The notes under the pieces: model-generated
Seen by the model: the letters and a program-made list of their open reading frames with translations, nothing else
The model's database searches: none
What the model was told of the DNA's origin: nothing
Shown here: positions 41,101 through 48,200 of the stretch, piece after piece
How positions within the stretch are numbered: position 1 is the first letter of the stretch
How the letters are laid out: every line of letters begins with the position of its first letter
DNA from: a virus
Strand: one strand, 5' to 3'
Length of the DNA: 64,000 nt
IMG/VR virus record: IMGVR_UViG_3300044530_000662
Span: 1-64,000 of that record
Program-made: the position numbers and the translations under genes

Positions 41101-42846
41101 AAAGAAACCAGAAGCAAATGTTTCAGCACCTGTACTATTAAACTGATCTTTTAATGCATCAGAATAATAATCTTTCTTAGGTCTTAAGTTTGCTTTAATT
41201 ACTCCTTTAGAATATAATTGAGTTTGAAGAGTAGGACTTTTATAGCTATCAACATAATATCTTTCATTTGCTTGAGCAATAACTTCCTGTAAGTTTTCTT
41301 GAATACCTTCTGTAAAGTTTGATTTAAAATAACCTACTGTACCTAATACAGACTTGTAGATTGGATCTTTTGTCCAACCTTTAGCCCAAGTTCTTAATCC
41401 TGATTTTTGAAGTTCAAATTGTCTTGCTGCTTTATCATATACAACTTTGCCAAGTTTACCAAAATCTTTGGCTCCTTCTCTTGATGCTATTTCATAAATA
41501 TCATCTGTTGAGGATTTTAAAAAGTTTCTTAAGCCTCCTCTTGGTCCTGTAATGTTATTAAAGGTAATTGCATTTGATGCGTATATCAATGCTGTATTAG
41601 CTAATAAAGTTTCCATTGAAGCTTCCTTAGCTTGTTTCTCTAAATCAGCTTGTTCTTTATTACTAGGAGCCTCTCCTTTGGCCATATAAGCTTCATGATA
41701 TAGTTTATCATAGACACTGTTCTGTACCATCCCAGCTTCAAGTCTAGATTCAGCTAAAGCCATATTTATCTTTCTAACATCTCTATAAAATCCACCAGCT
41801 GTTTTAGATAATGCAGCTAAGTCAGTTATGTTATCTGTATTTTGAATTGTTTTAAAAGCATCTAAAGTATTTTCTAATGGATTTAAACCTTTACCCATTG
41901 CAGATAAAGTTTTATTAGAAGCAGCTGTATTCCAAAATTGTCTTGCAGTTTGTATACTATCAAAACTTTTTAAAGTGCTTTTTACTGCATTGTATCCGTT
42001 AATTGTTTTTTGTACTAAAGATAGCTTAGGAATTTTAGTAGCAATATTAGCAGTAGTTGCTATTAAACTTGCACCACCTGTTGGAGCAGCAAGTAAAGCA
42101 CCACCAATTTCTTCAAGTATTGCTTCACCCATGATACCAGCTGTATAGCCAAAATTCATCATAGCATTATTAGCAAAACCAAATACACCTCCTTTATTAG
42201 ACTGACCAATAGCTGCAGCTTCTTCATAAGCTTTAGCATCTTCTCTGTCTCCACTAGTAAAATCTCCAGTTAACATTTTAGCTAAACTCTTAGGTCCAGA
42301 CACAAAACCTCTTGTAAATAAAGGAACAAATGAATTAGTCATCATTCTAGAGAAGTCATCCCATCTGCTTGTTTGTGCATTAAAATTAGCCTCATTGTTT
42401 CTTAATGGGTGAAATCCAATTTTGTCAAATGTTTCTTGTCCATATGCAGCATATCTTTTATAAAAGTTATTACCATCTGGTCCGGCATTATAACTAAAGA
42501 TTTTTGCATAGTTATTTTTATTCTGATTAGTTTGAAAGAATGCATCAAGGTATTGACTTGTACTAGCTTTCTTTTGTTGAGGAGAAACTTTACTATAAGG
42601 TATGCTGGGATTATTAGCATTAGTTCTTACAACATTTTGTTCAATAGCTCTGTTAGGTCTATTAAGATTACTAACTTTAGGTAAAACAGGAAAGTAATTC
42701 TCTGGTTTAGGATAGTTAATCTTAGGGTCTCTAAGCATTTCACCCTCAAAAGGTGCTAATCCTTTTGAATCAACTATTGGACTATTAATACCACCATACT
42801 CCGGACCTAGCGGATCCAGTGAACTAAAAGGAGTTTCTTCTGCCAT
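35140..42846 (-). CDS. Giant virion ejection/cargo protein, 2568 aa, with PP2C-like phosphatase and PD-(D/E)XK nuclease domains
   Basis: Gly/Ala hydrophobic N-terminal segments, long helical body, phosphatase and nuclease motifs near the C-terminus. Confidence 0.8.
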   Translation of the reverse strand: MAEETPFSSLDPLGPEYGGINSPIVDSKGLAPFEGEMLRDPKINYPKPENYFPVLPKVSNLNRPNRAIEQNVVRTNANNPSIPYSKVSPQQKKASTSQYLDAFFQTNQNKNNYAKIFSYNAGPDGNNFYKRYAAYGQETFDKIGFHPLRNNEANFNAQTSRWDDFSRMMTNSFVPLFTRGFVSGPKSLAKMLTGDFTSGDREDAKAYEEAAAIGQSNKGGVFGFANNAMMNFGYTAGIMGEAILEEIGGALLAAPTGGASLIATTANIATKIPKLSLVQKTINGYNAVKSTLKSFDSIQTARQFWNTAASNKTLSAMGKGLNPLENTLDAFKTIQNTDNITDLAALSKTAGGFYRDVRKINMALAESRLEAGMVQNSVYDKLYHEAYMAKGEAPSNKEQADLEKQAKEASMETLLANTALIYASNAITFNNITGPRGGLRNFLKSSTDDIYEIASREGAKDFGKLGKVVYDKAARQFELQKSGLRTWAKGWTKDPIYKSVLGTVGYFKSNFTEGIQENLQEVIAQANERYYVDSYKSPTLQTQLYSKGVIKANLRPKKDYYSDALKDQFNSTGAETFASGFFMGALASPINSAIPFLSSTWNRTFDKKGFTKWKEAQMSVAENLKNELNSVSMKDFMSDKVLNLGAQDMISKIRDKASKKEGLDAETEAYINHVGTMRRTGTSGLFMDTMKSFKEMDDKEFAEALKISEDQVDKYRGRIDSGIARIERVNNIFNTAERKYPNPVNLNNLGEEGTPEYEAKLTLYKAWNRGIENMAFFHENYDDTKSRRAAIQNKYNNNENFKSLNTTDKLLLFQPERISDEVKMLERELATEKEGENRGVKVNALENKINLLKNYSEAHTAFDKFFNRAEYAKSVKEMLQKETGKEPTAEEISDKLDDILGSLDNEDLKVENIKKLKEAHNNYLKGVAQSNDDRIFDEHTDEGFEALIDYYKLGHESRALAEYIDMFNDPAAFMDVVQKNVEWMRKFNAQRVKYFEDLIHSEMGKVRDNAFLNTLADNQIYLNKTDMENYLGDKNIPPSEIYDGKAKKVYPAGSEEYKKIYAEYFEKRAQLKAQMNPKKTGVVKKTYQEQIDELNRKMQEEIDALPTTPTRVELDDIKRKGGNKSVTIQEINEQLENDQYVEVNDKDAIAPMVFYKNTDGELLYDNAEGASVILSEIKTRFTEAKRFKLEEKPDESEVKKIKDRYEVKIAEVMEAYNADMKAIDDEVPYEEITQDSNLDTADLVEFKQMLYNEFYDKYVVTLPQEVQDSIYGDDNIADAEFEKWYRLAENKKYFDKYNKANKPAVSKSDITFTYEGTDINTKDLSLPELIKYRDAINAKIELLDNNLKVNDEFEDEETVDNTKELRDLETDLKNINTIIQRRQYSGFSEEVREGVKKIQKLLTAQKGVEEKYLLTEDDSVTGLKKGEIAYRVNGLIHRRMTNAIQEVLPKKYEYAAKQGVETAFNNSIAKKGLNEDSINDFIDSLNGLLAIDKLPGTNKDFLKNLKTQLRNLSGMSPAQIKLEKQKDKLLTQIANKDKDIIKAEKAGNENRVNQLVEQKNSIFNELAQIEKEIKGLPSTTTTTTDTKADIIQTNEPNIQTVGNVTFGTANKQGQTDGNEDAVYVDTQNGIFILADGMGGEGMITLSPAQASKVVINKLLGKEEKTLTDLVYEEYLKNPNISSEDGVKFLISKGFSEPNSIFITPMLTAFKTKGDLSIKKGFRSGATALKAEKINKNTYKIEKVGDTVFFVVDKNGKVIKQHGLSDVATTSGYMFSIKDGKPFSSTPKTDNFTITLNEGETLVLATDFIETDKAIQDFINSDFGKKLDFAKFQKENKTDDSTFITIEYDAELASSKQPTAEITNEALSNNTTFDIIMNTFMEETYQDSRDAGNYVDDAKDYLESGVKPKFDPAKLSQEAYEDMFGLNGYLTKLKQKVDSGEFYLIGRDLVVYDSNITRPDGKKDRIAGEIDLLLATKNGIMIVDIKSGEQRKWQNFNKNSKDPKKLNYTKREEYTLQQGGYATMLERMIDYPVAGIALLPIERASNKETNQMVSAGQPNMSAPGVYNKIEFVKNEDGTYKRNEFGELVMNPTNEKSSEWFIPLYRNSVQDRLDILFPPSTVKFMPGLKDKAKKEFDSYTTDLQAITDADTDENKNELVKIENKINEFAEVNNLAVPEALKELLKEKQLALGKVVGKNLIDKIVTKYTNLATKSKNDVDKLVTRLAQTKSDISFDEIDLSPDSAFIQEQLKKDKAFAQRFATHEEMFEGKSYKPTMGQLIAADTLHLSGIITDDEYQAIVEENYNTSDVSLLIHKAVKRIQYLSAMSDTTAEAKKFKDYQNDIFNLMFSTKVNQSNTAITTALNTAQEEITAGNIKRALDIIENEVYALERTLEKTKNDNVKKTIQDKINDLNSISEAIVITTGYVEEQFIPEQEVTEGELEEFDAEEQLDKIIVKKGMTLYSKNDKFTVQTINKNNTVTLKDSEGNELTVTMDDLNKNYKTESDLLGSEIAPETAPITKEEQEFVNQTEDSVDALLESADKTDVLMAEADKIKSSEAAEDDLLKDLTCK
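36690..37200 (-). other. PD-(D/E)XK (RecB/Cas4-like) nuclease domain
   Basis: AGEIDLLLATKNGIMIVDIKSG and YTLQQGGYATML. Confidence 0.8.
37300..38060 (-). other. PP2C/PPM-family phosphatase domain
   Basis: NEDA, ILADGMGG, SGAT, KVGDT, LVLATDF, TDDSTFITI in canonical order. Confidence 0.85.
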
Positions 42847-45800
42847 TATTGATTTACTTTTACAAAGTTATTATATTCAAGAGTATTTTGTACATCTATA
42901 TCATCCATGAAACCATTTACTAAACTGTTTCTTATATCAGTTAGGTTTTCACCAATGTAACCATAGTTTGCTCTGTAAGGTACTTTTTCCATTATACCTT
43001 TGTCTGGATTATATTGAGGATATGTCATAGTAACTATGTAGTCTCCTGTTCCTAATTTATTTTTTTCAACTTTGAAAGATTTCATAGGATCTCCACCAAT
43101 ACTGTTAAGCTCATACTTGTCATGATAATCTACATATGATTCTATTGGTGATTGATATGAAGACTTATACATTGAGCTATTCATTTTTTTACCGTCCATC
43201 ATATATGAAATACCATTTTTAAGTGCAGCTTGTGCTTGACTTGGCATGAGTAATCCTGGTTCTGTTACTACAACATTACCATTTACAGTTTTTGTTTTAG
43301 CAGTATTAGCTTTAATCCATTCAATATTTGGATATATAGTCACAGCAGATAAATCACCTGAACCTCCAGCAATAGGAGTAACTTTCAATTTAAATGTAGA
43401 TAATGAAGATTTAGGTTTATGCATGTCATTAATAAATTTATCCATGAAAGCTTTACCTAAATTATTATTTTTGTCTCCAACTTTATCATAAGCATCTTTG
43501 GATATACCATTAACACTTACTCTATCTGTACTACTTCCCCAATCAAAATTCTTTAAGTCATTTACAACTTCACCAAATTTAGCTTTACCTATTGTTAAAC
43601 CTTTAGGATTAACAGATATTACTGAAGATCCCGTAGTTGATAAACCTGTTCCTGGATCAATTGGACCACTTCCTAATCTAATAGGTGGTGTTTTAATTAC
43701 TTTAGCATTACTGTAAGCTTCACCTGCTTTAGTTACTAAATAATTGTAATCTATTTTTTTACTTGCTGATTCATCAATAGCACTTGCTAACCAATTCCCC
43801 GGTCCAATTTTATCAAGATTAGATATAAATCTTAGAGCCCAACTTGTTGCTGAACCCATTATTGAACTAGGATTTAATTTAGCTGTTGCATCAAGAGCCG
43901 TATCCCATGCTTTTCTTGTAGCTTCATCTTTTATTTTAGAACGGAGCATCTTTAAATCTCCAGGTGATATATTACCACTTTTTAAAAGCTCTTTATAAAA
44001 TTCATTTTTAGTTCTTAAATTACCATTGTCATCATGTAAATACTTAGCATTTGTAAGACCATCTCTAACAAGTTCTGTTGTAACAGACTTACCAGCTTTT
44101 CTATGCCATTCTTCATCTGTTTTTATATACATCATGTAATCTTGCATTTTCATATTAGCATCTCTATATTGTTTATATAGAGGAGTCTTAGAACCATTAT
44201 CAGTGAATAATGAAGTCTCACGAGATTCACTAACCCACTCATTCATGTTTGATCTAATCTTACTAATACCTTTACTACCTACATGTTTTCTTAACCAATT
44301 GTCTCCATATTTGTCATACTTATCAATAAACTGTTGAAGTGTAATACCTTGATTTTTATTATACCCAAGTATCTGACCTACTTTTTCTTTAGTGATTTTA
44401 CCAGAAGTTAAAGCTTTATCTAATACCATAAATGTTGATTTGAAGTAAGGATCTAGATATTCTTGTTTAGTCATATCCGATATCTTTTTACTTGTCTTTC
44501 TCATGTTACCAGTATCTGTAGTATTCCCTTCAGTAGTAAATTCTGTAGTAACTGTATTTTGATCTTCATACTGAACTAAGTTACCGTTCTCATCTCTGTA
44601 TGCTGTACCATTTTCAATAGCCTCTTTTTCAATATCTTGTTGTCTTTTAAGATCACTTTTATATTTAGCTACTCTCATTGAAGATGATTCTCTAGCAGCA
44701 AGTAATTGCATGCTATTTTTTTGTTTCTCATCTAAAATCTTATAAGGGTTAGCTTCAATATCAACTTCCATGTCTTTATAAGCAAGTACATTAGCTATCT
44801 CATCTAAGCGTTTCTGCATTATAAGAGATGCCATACCATTGTCTACTTTGTATCTTAATGATTTAATATCTCCATAAGGATTAACAAAAGTACCACTTCC
44901 AGCAGAAGTAGCTGACTGACCACCATTCAACATTTTTGATTCAGCTTCAGCTCTTGTCAATACTTTATCATTAATATCCTTATTCATTTGATACTGAGCA
45001 AGCATTAGCTTAGCATTAGGAGAAGCTGTACCATTCTTTATTTGTGTCTCAAGATCTTTAATGTTATTCTCATATACAGTACTATTAGCTTGCAACTGTT
45101 TATATCTTAAATCACTTTTCTCTTTAAGAACATTAAAGCTGTTCTCAAGATATTTCATCTCAGCTTTATTCTTATCTCCACCAAATTGTGCAGCATTAGC
45201 AGATGCATAATCTTTTCTATCTACATATGCTTGCATTTTGTACATAGATTCAATTGAAGGATCATCACCTAATGATGCTTCTAATAACTTTTGCATAGGT
45301 TCAGTAAGAGCTTCACCATTTTTAGTTTTAACTATAAACTTACCTCCATCAGTAAACTCTACTTTTTCAACAGATATACCTGCGTCTTTAGCAATCTTTC
45401 TAGCTTTTTCACTAACATCAACACGGGAAACATACTCAGCATTTTGAAAACTCATTGCTTCATCTGATGTAGCAGCTTTAAACTCTTCTGTTAAATAGTT
45501 AACTCCTCTAACACCTTCTTCCCAATACTGACTTTTATCTTTCTCATCAGTAGAGTTTCTGAATATATCAGCTCTATTTAATTGATTGTTTTTGTTTTTA
45601 GTCCAAGCCATGTCTTTCATTAACAGCTTGTCTTCATAAAATGGTTTAAATACTTGTGTTGCTTGATTTACATTTTGCTCCAAAGAAAGATCTAATTGAG
45701 AAACTTTTTTTAATTGAAAATCAATATTTTTTAAATAGCTTTCTTTTTTCTGAGTTGTGTCTTCTCTTGTTAAGTCAGCATAATAATACTGACTATACAT

Positions 45801-45935
45801 TTTATTTAATGCATTCCAATTTGTATCATACTGAGTTTGCTTAGTCTGCATGACATTAGCATAAAAGTTCAGATCTGGTTGAAATGGTTGAACCTGTGGA
45901 ATATAGTCTGTGACCCCTTGTAAATACGTAGCCAT
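42846..45935 (-). CDS. Internal virion/cargo protein, 1029 aa
   Basis: MATYLQGVTDYIPQVQPFQPDLNFY N-terminus; position directly upstream of the giant ejection proteins. Confidence 0.7.
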   Translation of the reverse strand: MATYLQGVTDYIPQVQPFQPDLNFYANVMQTKQTQYDTNWNALNKMYSQYYYADLTREDTTQKKESYLKNIDFQLKKVSQLDLSLEQNVNQATQVFKPFYEDKLLMKDMAWTKNKNNQLNRADIFRNSTDEKDKSQYWEEGVRGVNYLTEEFKAATSDEAMSFQNAEYVSRVDVSEKARKIAKDAGISVEKVEFTDGGKFIVKTKNGEALTEPMQKLLEASLGDDPSIESMYKMQAYVDRKDYASANAAQFGGDKNKAEMKYLENSFNVLKEKSDLRYKQLQANSTVYENNIKDLETQIKNGTASPNAKLMLAQYQMNKDINDKVLTRAEAESKMLNGGQSATSAGSGTFVNPYGDIKSLRYKVDNGMASLIMQKRLDEIANVLAYKDMEVDIEANPYKILDEKQKNSMQLLAARESSSMRVAKYKSDLKRQQDIEKEAIENGTAYRDENGNLVQYEDQNTVTTEFTTEGNTTDTGNMRKTSKKISDMTKQEYLDPYFKSTFMVLDKALTSGKITKEKVGQILGYNKNQGITLQQFIDKYDKYGDNWLRKHVGSKGISKIRSNMNEWVSESRETSLFTDNGSKTPLYKQYRDANMKMQDYMMYIKTDEEWHRKAGKSVTTELVRDGLTNAKYLHDDNGNLRTKNEFYKELLKSGNISPGDLKMLRSKIKDEATRKAWDTALDATAKLNPSSIMGSATSWALRFISNLDKIGPGNWLASAIDESASKKIDYNYLVTKAGEAYSNAKVIKTPPIRLGSGPIDPGTGLSTTGSSVISVNPKGLTIGKAKFGEVVNDLKNFDWGSSTDRVSVNGISKDAYDKVGDKNNNLGKAFMDKFINDMHKPKSSLSTFKLKVTPIAGGSGDLSAVTIYPNIEWIKANTAKTKTVNGNVVVTEPGLLMPSQAQAALKNGISYMMDGKKMNSSMYKSSYQSPIESYVDYHDKYELNSIGGDPMKSFKVEKNKLGTGDYIVTMTYPQYNPDKGIMEKVPYRANYGYIGENLTDIRNSLVNGFMDDIDVQNTLEYNNFVKVNQ

Positions 45936-45983
45936 AATTTATTTTATCTATGATGTAAAAATATCAACATTTTTTAAGTTTAC

Positions 45984-46000
45984 TAAACCTTACAGGTTTA
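45984..46000. promoter_or_regulatory. TAAAC-N7-GTTTA palindrome (copy 1)
   Basis: TAAACCT-TAC-AGGTTTA overlapping the stop codon of the upstream gene. Confidence 0.4.
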
Positions 46001-48190
46001 AAGAAAGATTGGCCAGTCTGTATAGATGTAACCTCTTTGAGTAGCTCCTCCTTTTTTAGACTTAAATTTATTAACTACCATTTTACCAGCAACATCAGGG
46101 TCTATTCCTTGCTTTATTAAATCTGCATAGTATTCACCTTCTTCTTGAGCAGGTTTTTCTGGATTAAACTTTTTGTCTGTTGGAGTATAAACAACTTTAC
46201 CACCTGGGCCAGCAAGAGTCTGATAGTTAGGATATAACTGATTTAATGCATCTGTTTTCCATTTATTAGTAACAGCTGTATTATATTGATTTCTCATATT
46301 AGCTCTACCAGCTTTAATAGAATTATCAAACTGTTGATTAGCAATAGTATTTTTATCATATACTCTGTTAGCCATTGCTTGATTAAGCATGTTCTCTTGG
46401 TTTCTTACACCAACTTGATTAGCTTCAAACTGATTAGCAACATTAACATTCTGATTATTAATATTAGAAAGAGTGTTAGCAGCTTGTGCAGCTCCTTGTC
46501 CTTGTATTGCAGATAGTCTAGCTCCTAATGCTTGAGGTCCTGCAAACTGAGCAGTAGCTTGTGAAGCAATATTAGCTTGTTCTGATTGTGAAGCAAGTTC
46601 TCTTGTAGGATCTAAGAATGTAGGTCTTGGTTCTTCAAGATCAACTCTTGCTTCCCAAGGCATATATTTCTTAGTACTCATAAGATCACCAAATGCACCC
46701 ATAGTATTTACAGTATCTTGCAACCACCATTGAGGTTCTGTTCCTGGAGGAGTTTCAACATCTGCTTCAGCTTCTGCAGTTTCACAGTCTTTACAAGTAC
46801 CATCTTCATTCATACCGGGATCAGATCCATCTTCACATTCACATCTTTTCTTTTCAGTAGTACAAGGAAGACAATTACCATCAGCATCTTTACCTACCAT
46901 GTAAGTTTCTCCAGTTTTTTCATCTTTACATTCACATTCTGTTTGTGAGATTTCTTCTGGTACTGTTTCAATAGCTTCTTCTTTTTCTGCAAATTTTTCT
47001 TGAACGTCTGCTGTATTACATCTATCAAAGATTGCTTTTGATGATGGTCCCGGTGCCATGTGAGTTTTAAACTTATTTTTTTCTGAAGGCACGGTAAGTT
47101 CCTCATAAGTAGCTCCTGCTTTAATCATATCACAAATAGAACCCTCCCATGCTTTTTTATTAAAGGTACCACTACCACTTCCTGATTTAGCTTCTTTAGC
47201 AGCTTGTCTTTGAGCAGCAGCTGTTTTATTGTATTTATATTCCCCTTTAGCATCTTTTCTAGTTTCCCAAGTACTTTTACCATAGTCCTCTCTACCAACC
47301 TGTTTTGTATTAACAGGTCTACCATCAGCAGCTTGAGGCAAGTAACCTCCATAGGCCATCTCAGTAGGATTATATGGGAACATGTAGTCTTGTTCTAACA
47401 TACCTCCCATTTGCATCATAGTATCTTCTTGTGGCATACCCATTTGATCAGGAGACATTCCTGGTTCCATAGTTGCCATTTGCTCTTGTTCTTCAGGTTC
47501 TATGTTAGGTTCTTGACCTTCATCTTCAGGACCTTGTTGTTGCATCTGTTGTTTTTGAATTGCAAGTTCTGGCATTATTTGTTCTGGAGTAATTTTATTA
47601 GCTTCCATATAAGGTTGAGCAACAGCAGGAATTCCTTGAGGGAATCCTTTCTTACCTTCTTGAGCTAATGCTAAAGCACCTAACTTAATAGTATAGTTCT
47701 TAATCATTAACTCAGCTGTTTTTCTTGCTATTGCATCTGACTCAGGATCTTGTAATACTTTTCTATATTTATTAATGTCATACTGTTTTGATAATTCAGC
47801 CGGAGTGTATCCACCTTTCTTAACCGGCTTATTAAACATTTTAAGTATAGCAGGATCACTAATCTTCATAGATTGTGTATCACTATATATAAAACTATCA
47901 TCTGGAAGATTTAATGGTACACCACCACTATGGTGACGGGGTCCTTTAATAGTATAGAATGATGGCATGTCACTACCATCAATATTTCCTATTACAGTTT
48001 CACCACCTTCAGCTTCTAAGTTAGCTTTAGATCTTGGAACTGCAGATATTGTTTTTTTAACCTCAGAAGGTTTCTGACCAATATATGCATTGTAGTCTGC
48101 ACCACCCATTGCTGGAACATCATTTACTAAGCTTCCTTGAACTTGATATCCAGTTCTAGCCTGTGGTAATTTGGTTATTCTTACTTTCAT
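45998..48190 (-). CDS. Cargo-type structural protein, 730 aa
   Basis: ANLEAEGGE...GPRHHSGGVPL N-terminal block, xxxGG motifs, Cys-rich insert, Q/N/A-rich helical C-terminus. Confidence 0.7.
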   Translation of the reverse strand: MKVRITKLPQARTGYQVQGSLVNDVPAMGGADYNAYIGQKPSEVKKTISAVPRSKANLEAEGGETVIGNIDGSDMPSFYTIKGPRHHSGGVPLNLPDDSFIYSDTQSMKISDPAILKMFNKPVKKGGYTPAELSKQYDINKYRKVLQDPESDAIARKTAELMIKNYTIKLGALALAQEGKKGFPQGIPAVAQPYMEANKITPEQIMPELAIQKQQMQQQGPEDEGQEPNIEPEEQEQMATMEPGMSPDQMGMPQEDTMMQMGGMLEQDYMFPYNPTEMAYGGYLPQAADGRPVNTKQVGREDYGKSTWETRKDAKGEYKYNKTAAAQRQAAKEAKSGSGSGTFNKKAWEGSICDMIKAGATYEELTVPSEKNKFKTHMAPGPSSKAIFDRCNTADVQEKFAEKEEAIETVPEEISQTECECKDEKTGETYMVGKDADGNCLPCTTEKKRCECEDGSDPGMNEDGTCKDCETAEAEADVETPPGTEPQWWLQDTVNTMGAFGDLMSTKKYMPWEARVDLEEPRPTFLDPTRELASQSEQANIASQATAQFAGPQALGARLSAIQGQGAAQAANTLSNINNQNVNVANQFEANQVGVRNQENMLNQAMANRVYDKNTIANQQFDNSIKAGRANMRNQYNTAVTNKWKTDALNQLYPNYQTLAGPGGKVVYTPTDKKFNPEKPAQEEGEYYADLIKQGIDPDVAGKMVVNKFKSKKGGATQRGYIYTDWPIFL

Positions 48191-48200
48191 TATATTATAA

